The position numbers and the translations under genes were made by a program. A stretch of DNA of 64,000 bases, taken from Lepidodermella squamata (Eukaryota > Animalia > Gastrotricha). The DNA lies in NCBI GenBank assembly GCA_047495785.1, contig JBLDXI010000006.1, positions 386,438-450,437 of the forward strand, in the 5' to 3' direction. Under the pieces are notes generated by a model. It was given only the letters and a program-made list of their open reading frames with translations, ran no database searches and was not told the origin of the DNA. Below are positions 24,045 through 36,331 of the stretch, one piece after another. Positions within the stretch are counted from its first letter, which is position 1. Each line of letters opens with the position of its first letter.

Positions 24045-24704
24045 TCAAAGATGATGCGCCCATTTGTAGAGACTATGCGGGATGTTTGGCCAAATGCGCT
24101 GCCCGCCGAGTATGATTGACAGCGCGAAGAAGGTGACGAAAATTTGAAGACCGGTGTAAATTGAAGCAATAATCGCCATAATATTAGCACAACCGTAATC
24201 GTTACAACCGTAAACCGGGCTGAATGCAACTTCAGCTGTCTTGTAGTGGCAAAACAGCAGCAGGGAAAATCCAACAATATAGCCGACAAAAAACACCATT
24301 TTCGCAAAAACTTGGGAAAATAAAATAAATTATTTTATAATATTTTAATTAAGTTTACCTATCGCTCTGATGTCGTAAAGGCAGCAATTTTTCACCTTTC
24401 TCCGTCTAGCGCAACATTGAACAATGTGAAGAATACCCTCGGCTATTCCGAAAACGAAGCAGGTGATGAAAGTGACGATAAATAGGATTCGATCGCCTCG
24501 AACGAGTTCTTTATGAGCGAGTAGCCAGCCGACTTTGATGCTGGTCACACCGATGATGTGAGGTACGTGAGGTAGGACATCACTCAAGCGGCAACATCGC
24601 CCATCAGTTTCGTTCTCATTCGGAGGATGAGGATCTTCGCTGATTTCCAACGTCAGCGATAAATCATCGTTGACCAACTGCTCAGCTAAATTACCGCCAG
24701 CCAT
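24045..24704 (-). CDS. Unassigned 4-TM membrane protein C (exons 24704-24359, 24310-24045)
   Basis: VPHIIG, VRGD, YGCNDYGCANIMAIIASIYTGLQ. Closest to A. Confidence 0.85.
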
Positions 24705-25220
24705 TTTTTTGACTACAGCACTAACACACCTGTGGTTGTTGTAATACGGACGATAAGGCGGTAATTTTCTTATATTGTAAAACAATATAAATGTTATTAG
24801 TATGCGATTTTGCAATTAGCTCAGCTTTCAGCCGCGATACGGGCGTGCGAAAAAAGTGCGTGGCCGCGTTTTGACGTCGCGTATCATTATTATTATTATT
24901 CGCGGAAAATTGACACGTGTTTTTTGCGTCGTTCCACCCTAAATTCCTATAAAGCGAAATAATTATACGCTAATATATCGCTTTCTTTTATTTTATCCCG
25001 TCAGATTCAATTATCAAAATATTTTTTTCATATTCCTAAACTTGAAAAAATCAATTAATATTGAAAATTTAATTAAAAAAATTAATTATGATAGAATTAT
25101 TTTGCACAATTAAATTTTATTTTCTCGAAAAAATTAAGCATTTATCTTTTCAGCTCTCCAAAAACGTTGTTGAGCCCGAGTATTGTGGTATCGAGAGTAT
25201 TTTGTTTACTTTTTTGTTCT

Positions 25221-25926
25221 TCAGAAGGTTTTAGCGAAATTAACACAGCAATCGCCGCAATTGCAAGCTTTTTCGCACAGTAATACGCAAATTGCGATGA
25301 GAGTCACGACTCCTCGAATGATTTCGTACAATAGCGCGATGATGGCCATTATATTGGAACAGCCGAACGAATTGCAGCCGTATTTTTCGTCAAAGGCGAC
25401 CTTCGAACTGGAAAATAGAGCGGCAGCTAACAGGATGGTCGAAGCGGCAAAACCGAGGAACAGCACAAAATTCACCACAACTAAAAAAATTATAAAAAAA
25501 ATAATAATATTAAATAATTTAAAATCTTTCAATTTTCAATTTTTTTATATTTTTTGAAATTTTTGAAAATTAAAATTTTTAATTACCTTTGACCCATCTG
25601 ATGTTGAACGGATTTTTTTGAACGCGTCTGACTTTGAGAATGCATTTGATGAGATTAATCAGCGATTCGAGAATGGCGAAAATTATGCAAATTAAATAGG
25701 CGAGGCGGAACATTTTGTGATCGCCGCGTAGTTGGCCCTGCTCGGCGAGGATAAGACCAGCTTTAACGAATGCCATGCCGATAAGGTGCGGCAATTTATG
25801 CAGCAGCGCGTCTTTAGGATCCATGCACGCTTTCAAATCGCATTTCGACTGAGATTGCTGCGGTTGCTGTTGTTGCTGATCAGCTGAGCGTATTTCAATT
25901 CGAGATTCACCTTGAACTTTCGACAT
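25221..25926 (-). CDS. Unassigned 4-TM membrane protein D (exons 25926-25587, 25480-25221)
   Basis: LPHLIGMAFVKAG, LRGD, YGCNSFGCSNIMAIIA. Closest to B. Confidence 0.85.
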
Positions 25927-26708
25927 TATTTTACGGGGGCGATTAAAAGATATTTAATGTATTTTTAATGAATGAAGACTAGTAGTAGCAAGCGTCGTGC
26001 TGCTGCCGATTGCGCTTCTTAGGCTGAATACGGACGACAGAACACGAAGCTATAGGATACTACGAAGGCTTTTCCTATGAAGGCCAGTGATTTTTTTTAT
26101 TACATGCGCGTGTTTATTTACCATTTTTTTCTCCTGCGGCAGTGTTCTTTGTTTACTCAGCAGGCTATAGGATAATGAAATATATGGGAGGCTGTATAAC
26201 TGGAGGCGAAGTCGCCAGTAAGCTTTGTTTGCACTATGAACCAATACTTCGTTATGAGTTGTCGCTCAGTCGGTTAAAAAAACCGCACCCCTCAACGACC
26301 AATCGGTAGTGAAAAAAGAAAATCTGTAAGAAATGATCAACATTTCAAAGGAAGGACACGAAAAGGCCTTAAAATAAGGAGTTTTGGCCTTAAATTAAAA
26401 TAAGGATTCCTAAAATTCAGGAATCAATCCTGATCCTGTACAATCGATTTTCAGGCATTGAAGATGATCAGCAGTTGATTTTTTAACATAGCATGGCTAT
26501 GCGTCACTTGATTCTCTCATTCCCATGATTTTTCATATATGTCTATGCCTAATTTCGCGGGAATTAACCCCGCGCGCAAAAAAACGTTAGTCACTAGGCA
26601 TGTCACCGCGTAATAAGCATAATTTGGCACTTGGCCGAGAGAGCAGGGAAGGTACGTTGTATAAATAATACATACCTTGCAAATTACTCTGTTCCGGTTT
26701 TGGTAAAT

Positions 26709-27485
26709 ATGGCGCCAACTGCTGCGATATCAACCACAATCGTTCTTCTTTCAATCATCGCATCAACAGGTTTCAACAATTTATCACTTGTCTAAGATGT
26801 CCTCTTCTGGGATAATAAATAAATAAATAAATTATTCCAATTTAACTTGTCGATTTCAAAATATTCGATCATTTTCGAAGTGCGTCTAGTAATAGGTGTT
26901 GTTCGAGGAATTTCAGAAATCGACTTCGAGGCAATTTGTTCAAAAATTCTAGTTTTTACTGTTTAGCATATTTCAGACATGACCGAAAGATTGGAAGATT
27001 CATTTAATTCAATACCTAACCATTTTATTCAGCTATTTAACTGGCTAGGGTTAGGTTAGGGTTAGAGGCTGGGTCTTAAAATTAGGGACTTGGAAGTGAT
27101 TGGTACAGACTTCAATGATAATTTGGTAATGAATCCGCTATATCCGCCGAAAGATTCGAGTAATTTCTGTTGTTGTTCTTCCTTAGTCGCTCTGAAGTGT
27201 CATGCCGGTGACAGTTCGTCGAGTTTCAAAGAAGTAGACGGGTGTAATGTGTGTTCGAAATCAACAGCAACAGCCGGTACGACATCGATGGTTGTCAAAG
27301 CGTGCCTGAATACGTCATCAACGGTTCGCATGGAATGCTCCACTGTCATGTTTGGCACTTACAAAACCGTACTGTGCTACTGCAACGAAAAAGACTTGTG
27401 CAATGGCTCTAACTTTGCAGCTTCATCTGTATCCATTTTAGTTTTATTTATTGTTACAGTCATATACTACAGCATATTTGATTGA
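26709..27485 (+). CDS. Ly6/three-finger protein 8, predicted GPI (exons 26709-26769, 27187-27485)
   Basis: MAPTAAISTTIVLLSIIAST|VALKCHAG..CNVC..CYCNEKDLCN and a hydrophobic tail. Confidence 0.88.
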
Positions 27486-27873
27486 TTAATGTCGGTTACG
27501 CTAATCAAATAAGAATAAAGACATAGTGCACCTTAGATAGACACATTTTCTTGTCAATTTGTCACCTCGAAGCTCCGAGGCCTTCTTCAATAGGGTTTCC
27601 GATAAACTTGAAGAATGAATCCCGTCAAATCAATTATCAGCCCTTGAAGAAGGTAGCAGCTGATTTTTAACTTAGCATAGTTATGCATAACTTGGCGCTC
27701 TCATTCCCAAGCTTTTCCGTAGTTCTATGCCTAATTTCGGGTAAATTAACCCCGCGCACAAAAAAACGTTAGTCATCCGTCATGTCACCGCGATAGAAGC
27801 ATAATTTAGCGCTTGGCAGAGGTATTCCTTTTTCAATACATACCTTGCATTTTCTGTTCTGGCTTTTGGAAAT

Positions 27874-28394
27874 ATGGCATCAACTGCGGTACCAATCTCT
27901 ATTGTTCTTCTCTCAATCATCGCATCAACAGGTTTCAATGACTTATTCGATGTTATTTATGCAAATTGAAGTCGAAAATTGAAATTGTCTCGTAAAGTAG
28001 TAAGTATTGTCCGAAAAATTCACGAGAGCTATTCTAGTTTAACTTTTTTGGCAGTTTTTAGACAATATAACGGACCTTTCTGTTTTTCTCGTCCATAGTT
28101 GCTCTGAAGTGCCATGCCGGTGATAGTGCGTCGAGTTTCCAAGAAGTAGACGGTTGTAATGTATGCTCGAAATCAACAGCGACATCCGGTACGACCACGG
28201 CGGTTGTCAAAACGTGCCTGAATACAAACTCCACTGTTCGCATGGAGTGCACCACTATCATGCTCCTCAACTACAAAACCGTAGTGTGCTACTGCAACGA
28301 AAAAGACTTGTGCAATGGCTCCAACTATGCAGCATCATCAGCATTCATTTTAGCTACTTTTATCGTTACGGTCATCTACGGCATATTTGCTTAA
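27874..28394 (+). CDS. Ly6/three-finger protein 9, tandem duplicate of Ly6-8 (exons 27874-27931, 28099-28394)
   Basis: MASTAVPISIVLLSIIAST|VALKCHAGDSASSFQEVDGCNVC..CYCNEKDLCNGSNYAASSAFILATFIVTVIYGIFA*. Upstream region 27645-27870 parallels 26460-26705. Confidence 0.88.
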
Positions 28395-28935
28395 TTATTG
28401 ATAGTTACTACATCATTTAATCGGTTCATGCAATCAACAAATAGAAATAAAAACGCATTGCAGCTTAGTTACACGCATTTTCTTGTTACTTGCCACCTAA
28501 CACGGAAACTGTCGAAGCTCTGAGGCAATTATCAAGAGGTCAACATATTTGTACCACGAAAAAAGAGGTTCCAGCTTCTAGCACTGAAAGTTTACTGATT
28601 CTCTGCGAATTCGACTATTTCGTTTTTCAATCGATTCTGAACTTGGGATTTGCCATCTTAGCTAAATGGTGGCCTACGGTATGTAGAAGATCGGTGTTGA
28701 GTTACAAGGCGGTTGTAAACTGATAACTGATTTGTAAAATCGCTACTTGAGATTCCAGTCAAGTCGTGAAACTTGAAAACCCATATTTTGGGGGAATCAG
28801 TCCCATTATAGGCTACCCAGATTTTTCAACAACTTGAAATCTGTAGGCTTTACTTTCTGCAACATGTTGTTCACTGTTATCTATCCAATACTCAGACCAA
28901 ATAGTGTAATCTCAACATAGCACTGCTCCCATCGT

Positions 28936-29084
28936 TCACGTCGCGGAAAAACTCGCAGAAGTGTGTTTTTTTCTGACTACTGTACATTTGAGTACGGTTG
29001 GCTGAAAATTCCATTCCTCTTACACTTACTGTACCCAGTGTACAGTCGGACCTTTTCCGAAGTGCGAGTTCTTCCGCGACGTGA
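28936..29084. mobile_element. Small MITE / palindromic element (about 150 bp)
   Basis: TIR tcacgtcgcggaaaaactcgca and tgcgagttcttccgcgacgtga (one mismatch). Confidence 0.65.
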
Positions 29085-29503
29085 TTGTAATAGTTTTGAT
29101 CCTAACGAAATTCGATAATTTGCGTAGACCGTTATGAAGTTCTGCCGCTAGCCTGTTTATAGGTGTTGGCCCCTGGGCCGAGACACGATTATATCCGGTG
29201 CTTCCCTATAAAGCTAAAGCGCCTACTTGCTAATTTGGCTCAAACATGGTCCGGAAAGCTGAGCTAATAAAATTATCCGCATAATGACATCGCGTGACTC
29301 GCCTGAATAGAATACAAACAAATGGCGTAAAACTAACTTATCGCCACGTTGGCCAGAAAGCCAGATTTTTCTTTGAATAAAAAACACTGCGCCTTCAGTT
29401 TCTATTCTATGTGAGTCGTTATGACGCCCACCCCTCGATATGAACTGCCTCGAATGCCTCGAATAGATTTCTTGAATTTGTCTATTTTGAGGTGCTGGAC
29501 AAA

Positions 29504-30136
29504 ATGGCTGAGATAACACATATTCAGGCTAACAATTTAGCCATTTACTTAATCGACGATGAATTACCGCTGACCCCTGAAGCTGACCAGAGCAAAAGAC
29601 GATGTTGCCATTTGAAAGATTTCCTGCCTGTTATACCGCACTTAATCGGCTCGGCTTCCGTTCTATTGGGAATGATTTTCTGGCGAAAAGGACTTTTTCG
29701 AGGCGATAAGTTCATGTTTCTTGTCACTTTTCTCATTTGCGGCTCATTAGCAGTCGAAGGCCTGATTCATATGTATCAAGGTTTGGTTAAGAGGCGGATT
29801 TTGGGCACTTCCTGTCCATACGGCACAAAAATTATTATATGTGAGAATTTCCCTTGCATGAATATTGCAATTCAAATTAGTTTGATTATTCTTTCAGTTG
29901 TCACTAAACTAATTCTTTTTGTTGGCCACATTGCTGGATTCACCTTGCTGCTTTATTGCCAAAGCTCATATTACGAATGCGGCAATTATGGTTGTTCTAA
30001 CGTTGTGGCGATTATCGCGTCAATTTACTCCGGTCTTCAAATTATCTTCACTCTAGCTGTTACTTCAGCTGTCGTGCGAATGCGCTGGTCGAATAGCTTA
30101 CTTGAAGCGTCAACGATTTGGCGCGTTACCTTGTGA
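29504..30136 (+). CDS. Unassigned 4-TM membrane protein E (exons 29504-29840, 29898-30136)
   Basis: IPHLIG, FRGD, ECGNYGCSNVVAIIASIYSGLQ. A 57-bp GTGAG..TTTCAG intron at the family-conserved position is stop-free and in frame. Confidence 0.85.
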   Translation: MAEITHIQANNLAIYLIDDELPLTPEADQSKRRCCHLKDFLPVIPHLIGSASVLLGMIFWRKGLFRGDKFMFLVTFLICGSLAVEGLIHMYQGLVKRRILGTSCPYGTKIIICENFPCMNIAIQISLIILSVVTKLILFVGHIAGFTLLLYCQSSYYECGNYGCSNVVAIIASIYSGLQIIFTLAVTSAVVRMRWSNSLLEASTIWRVTL

Positions 30137-31194
30137 AAAGCCGAGGAAAATTCATCGTCAATGAAGCGGGATGAAGCGAGATGAACTTAAAAATTAACTT
30201 ATTTGGTATATCACTGCGTACTTCGGTTTCAATTTTGGGACTATGACTAGTCCCAAGTTTTTCAAAGATATTGCTTTTACGTGGAAATTCTTCCATTCCC
30301 TATAACCCAATCTTTATATTTCGATTATAAAAGTTTTTATCATTTAACCTTGCTTGATAGGAGATAGACAAATCGGTTTAGAGTCATCTTCTAGGTCAAT
30401 TCCGTTTTAAGTCAAATGGGCTGATTTTGGCCTTCCAAAGATCAAATTTGTGAGTGGAAACAGTGCGCGATGTTAACCGGGGAAAGGGGAAACCCCCTAA
30501 AAAAATTGGACCCTTGTTCATAAAATTGAGGCCCGATGACACCCCCTAGTTCGAGGATCCTACTTCGCGCACTTTGTCCAAGAAAGTAGAGCCTTGCAGC
30601 TTTGAAACCGCGGCTGTGTATGTCAATTATCGGGTTGTATTGATGTGGATTTTACCCAGCCCAGAATGGCCTGTTCTTCAAGTCAAATGGGCTGATTTTG
30701 GCCTTCGGAAGAATGTGTTAAGGGTTGGAAACAGTGCGCGAAGTACCGGGAGAATGGGGGTATCTTACCTCCTAGTTCCCAAGGCCAACGGGGAAACCCC
30801 GAAAATACCAAAGGGGGACTCTTTGGTCATAAAATTGATCTGATAACAGCCCTTATTTGCAAACTGCATGGAAAAGTCCACGTGAGTCTAAGTGCATCGC
30901 TGAATATCATGGGGGCAGCTTTCGTCGAGGAGTCGCCTCAAGTTAAAGGAAAAACAGGAATCGCGGTACAAGTTGAGCATTTTCAGCATTTCTGCATGCC
31001 ATGTATTGTGAATAATAAAGAGCATTCTCAGCTTCGAGCTTTCAGCTGGATATTATGAGTTGCTCTATAGGACACAAAACTGTCACAGAATTATCGGCTG
31101 TTATATTTTTTACCATGATTTATTTATTTCTCTGAATATTTATTTGTGAATTTTTATTTATTGATTGATAATATAGTCAAAATCTATCGGAATT

Positions 31195-33379
31195 TCACTT
31201 GAATTTAGGGTCCATGGGCGGAAATCCGATGAACTGATAGCGGCGTTCGCAATCTTCAGCCTCCAGTCGATGCAGATCGATGAAAAGCCAGTCAATGTGC
31301 GTCAAATCGGGCCTGTAATGAGCCAGCGTAGTGATCACTTGCTCCGCCGTGCTTTCGAATTGCGGAACCAGGTCATAGAAGACCTTTTCGAAGCACTTGC
31401 GACGCATCGCATCACTCGGCAGCGTTCGCTTTCAGTACCAATCGAGAATTTTCAACATGTCGGCCTGAATTTCGCGCACCATTAACGGACATTTCAGCCG
31501 AGCAGTTTCACCTAGAAATAAATCGGAAAATTTTTGAAAATTTCAAATTTCAAAAATTCCATAAAATAAATTTTATTCAATTCAAATTGAAAAATTAAGA
31601 AATTTTCGCATATTTTTTAAAATTATGATTAAATAAAAAAAATCTAGGACACCTCGAAAGAACACGATGATTTGTAGCAGGCTGATTTCGACGAAAGACG
31701 GCTGCCAAGCTTCCATAACCGAAGCAATATTAGCAAGATGGCTGAATTTCGTCTGTTGAATCGGGAAGTAGGCGACCAAGGCCTGTACAAAGTCTTGGCT
31801 CATGCCGAAAAAGCGATGGCGAGTGAACGTTGGCAGTGAGCAGTGTAAAAGCGACACAGCGATGAAGGATCGCGAAAATAAGTTGTACCAGTCACTCGTT
31901 GGCAGTTTCGGCGCCAGTGGGCGTAAGCATCGCGTGAATTCAACGCCGGCTAGCAGGACTTTACTGAAACTACGCATCGCTGAAGCCCACACCGATGCAT
32001 CACTAAATAAAATATAGAAATAAATTACGCTCAATTACAGGTTGCAGTTTGACCCCTAGAAAATAATCACGAATTTATGGGCCGCGCGATGGTGTCAATG
32101 GGCCACATTCGAATAATCTGGCGGTTTTGTCCCAAAAATTAATTCAGTAAATTCTCTATCAATTGAGCATAGGGTTCTCGCAAAAAGAAGTGAATGGGAA
32201 TATTTTGTTAGTGCGCAAGAAAAGGTTCCCGCGCATACAACCGGGAGATGATTACGCAAATCGTCCGATGAATCATCAATGACCCCACCCAAAAAAGTTA
32301 TTTAGCCCCCTCGTGTTCAGCGCCCCAGGTTTGCGGAGTTTAGCGCCTCATCTGGCCGCCTGGACCTAAAAGGTGGTTGCTTACCTGGGAAAAATCAGAA
32401 AACTAGTGGCATTGTCCTGATTATGGACAAACTACAATTCAATTTACAGAAAATCACACTTTTACCCCAAGTAATCGGCTTTTTAGATTGTTGCTAGAGG
32501 AAACGGAGCTCGTAATTTTCAGATTTTTTTCAAAAAATTTCAATTGCTAGCTGTACCAGATAGATGAGTTTGACCTAGTTTCGGACAACGATTAATTACC
32601 CTATGTTCCGCTCATTCCATTTTCGCGCAACTAACACCAATCAATAGAGCGGGTCGGCTTTAATAATCACTCCAAACGCCTATTTCGGTATTATGAGATA
32701 AAAGCAAGCATAAAGAAACAGCTTTAATTCAAGAACAAATGAAATTACTCTGAAAATTAGCGGGTATTTGTCTGAAATTCTTAGAATTTCGGGGAATTTT
32801 TTGGGAATTTTAGTAATTTTTGTTGTTTGTGTAGTGATACTTTTTGTAATTCCCCAGAAAATCCCCAGAAAATCAGCCTAATAATTTACAATTTTTGGGA
32901 GTTTAATTGCTTGGAGAAAAATTTACCAACCCTAATGTTGGGTTGCAGCTCCACTCGATGGATTCGATGACGGCCAGCTCACTGGCAGCTCGAAGTACGA
33001 CTACTAGCTTCTGCTCGGCCATCAGCCCGTCAATGTCAATGTTGTGCAGCTTTTTCGGCTGTCCACCGTCGTTGTCGATTTTCAGCGTAACATCATTTTT
33101 CATCGCTTTAGCTACTGAAATGCATTTCATCAGGCGGCATTTCATGCACATACGCGGCCGAACAGCCAAACTAGTGGAATTTCCCTGTAAATTGCCCATC
33201 GCCACCTGGACGGTCGGACATCGATTACGGCCAGTTATGCACTGCAAGCAGTCGGGGGTGTTTTTGAAACGCTGGAAAAATGCGTAGCAAGACTCGCAAA
33301 ATTGCCCATTTGTCGCTAAAGAAGCGCTGCAAACTTGGCATCTTGAGATTCCAGGCGAAAAATACCTGTATTGAAACAT
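31195..33379 (-). CDS. Divergent nuclear hormone receptor-like gene 1 (3 coding exons)
   Basis: C4 zinc fingers CQVC-x10-CESCYAFFQR..C..C..CMKCRLMKC. LBD-like VEFTRCLRPLAPKLPTSDWYNLF (compare VEFAKxIPxFxxLxxxDQxxLL) and EISLLQIIVFFRG. Introns of phase 2 and 1 are conserved across all seven copies. Confidence 0.8.
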
Positions 33380-33926
33380 TATTGACCAGATTAAACAGCT
33401 CCTAAAACAAAAAGTTTGCCGGGTTTATTCATGTCAAAACTTTAACAGATAAATTATAGAAAAACCGTCAATTTTAATTAGGATCATTTAGGTATTAGGA
33501 AAATTGCCCAAAAAATATCTTAAATAAAAAGATTAATTCGTCAAAAAAGTTTAGGGTCAAAAATGAAAAATTCTATAAAATGTAGATAATAATAATCGGA
33601 AGCCGTATTTTTAATTCTTAAGAAAAATTTCCTGACTCATGATTGTTTAGTTGTGTTGCGCAATAAAATCAATGACCTCAATAATGACAATGACTGTACA
33701 TTATGTCGCAAAATCAGGCAAGTGTCACTTTTTAATTGAGATCGTCCACAAAACTTAACTCAACAACTACTAATTATTAACCTCAAATATCAACGACTTT
33801 TGTTCAACCTCATTGAAATTCATTGAAGCGTGAAATGAATTCAATTTAAATTTTATTAAGAGATGCGAAATGTTTCATCATTTAAAAATTCAGAAAATGT
33901 TTCCAATATTATTCAGGATTTTAAAG

Positions 33927-35184
33927 TCAGTTTTTCGGATCGAGAGGTGGCAGTCCGATCAGGTGATAACGGCGTTCGCATTCGTCGGCCTCGAGTCGGT
34001 GCAAATCAATGAACAGCCTGTCCAAGTGCGTCAAATCTGGCCGGCAATTAGCGAGCGTTTTTATGACCTCTTCTGATGTTCGCTCGAAATACGGAATTAG
34101 GTCACGAAAAACTCGTTCGAAACATTTGCGCCGAAACTCGCCGTCATTAGGGTGGGTGCGAAGCCAGTACATGTCGAGGATTTGAAGCATTTCTCGCTGA
34201 ATTTCTAGAATGGAATGACAACTTCTCAGCTTGCCGCTTTCAGCTAGAAAATAAATTGGAGAAATTAGCAATAAATTAAGGCAGATTTTTTTCAACCTCG
34301 AAAAAGCGTGATGACTTGTAGTAGGCTAATTTCTATGAAAGACGGCTGCCAAGCTTCCATAACAGCGGCAATTTTCGAAATCGGTTCAATTTGCCGCTTC
34401 TGAATCGGGAATAATTTGAAGAAAATTCTCGCGAATCCCGGGTCCATGGCGAAGAAATGGTCGAGGCAAGACGGTAGCGAGCAGTGAAGTATGGTTATTG
34501 TGACGAACGATTTTGAAAATAATTGGCACCAGTCGCTGTTTCGAAGCTGCGGGGCGATAGGTTGAAGAGCTTTTGTAAATTCAACGCCGGCTAGAAGCAT
34601 TTGACTGAAACAGCTCATAACAAAGGTCCACAGTGGTTCGTCACTTAAGAAAAATTAAAATTAAAATTAAATCATGAATTTTTGAAATTTTTGAAATTTT
34701 TGAAAAATTCAATTCTCAATTAATTATAAATAAAAAAAATTATTTCTTGATTTAAAAAAATTGAACGTTTTAAAAAATTTAAATTTTTTAAAATTATTTA
34801 CTCTGGGCGTGATCGATAGTTCCAATCAATCGATTCGATAACCGATAATTGACATGCCGCTTTGAGAATAATCGCTATTTTCCGCTCAGCTATCAAGCCA
34901 TCGCCATCCAGGTCGAAATTAATCTGCATGTAGCTGTTTCGAGTCGGAGGCAGGCTGAACTTTGGCTTTCGACTCGGAACCAAACTTGAATTATTACTGT
35001 TGTCACTACTGCCGCTTTGAGACGACGATTCATTGCAGTAATAATAGGCGGCGTAATTTTTCGATGAGCAGGAATTGCAGACGGTGGAGTTGAATTGATT
35101 ACCGGCTAATTTTCGGCCGCAATTATCGCAATAAACCCACTCATCATCAGAACGAGGGGAGTTCATATTCGGGGTGACTTGCAT
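33927..35184 (-). CDS. Nuclear receptor-like gene 2 (second zinc finger lost)
   Basis: CDNC-x13-CNSC followed by a Ser/Asn-rich linker. LBD exons intact (VEFTKALQPIAPQLRNSDWCQLF; DLHRLEADECERRY). Confidence 0.8.
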
Positions 35185-36331
35185 TTAGTTAATATAAAAT
35201 AAAAATGCTGAATTTCAATCGGAAATGAAATTTACAACCTTTGAAATTTTATTCATTTTCTACCCGAATGCCCGAATTTTCTAGATATTTTTTTCAGTAT
35301 AATAGAACCATCTGTCCTCAAGCTAGACAGGCGACAAAAGAGCCAAACGCGCCTAAGAGAGACGTCTGTAAGATCCTGATTTTGACCCAGAAAAGTGTCC
35401 GTTCTACCCCCACAACTTTCACCACTCGAAAGACCATTTAGAATTAGTTTCTAATCAGAAATGTATGTTATTTCATGCAAATAAGCGAGATAAGGTCATG
35501 TTAACTTCACGTGCAATTTTTGGCGATTTTACGAATTTTACCTGATTTTTGGCGATTGAAAACATGTTGCATTAAAATGCGACAATTAGCGTCACAAAGC
35601 TTTCACTTGCTAAGCAGAAAGCTTCCTGCTATAGCTACTCAGCCCGAAATTACCCTGCATAGACCTAAGGAAACATCTCAGCTTATGCGGTTTTTACCTT
35701 GCAGAGCTTTGAGGGATGACTTTTAAATCGGGGCGAAAATAGCTTGGCATATAAGTAGGAAGTACCTGTAAGTGATTGTGCTCAACCCTTCCATGGCACA
35801 TTTTCAATCGGGAAACTTTCATCGCACGTGTCAAAATTGATCAATATCGATAGCTAATGAAGCTGACGTAGTTTATAGCTAAGTATCGGCGAGCATGTAA
35901 TGCTCGAGTGCATTTTCTGCGTAACTTCTCGCTTGGCAATCGCGGTCTGTTGACTCTATTGAACAGAACATCAAATGATCAAATGATATATTACCATCAG
36001 GTCATTTATGATTTATAATCAACAGTGATAGAATGGCCTCGCCATGTAATTAGTTTTTATTAAACGCTAAAACGAAAATTTGTGCAGCGAAAAAGTGCAA
36101 TGACAAAAGACCAAATCATTTTTTATATGCGACGAATTTATTCATTTGCGCAAATAATTTTTTTTTATGAAATAAGCTGGAAAAAGTTGCGTTTCACATC
36201 AATTTTTTATTGTGATGCGCAATTATCAAGCCTAATTTTCGAACTCGGCCTTTTAAAACATGAAAATTTTTCTTTAAAACGCAATACTTTGAATGTTTAT
36301 TCCATACTCTCAAGTTCGTTCGATTATTTTT

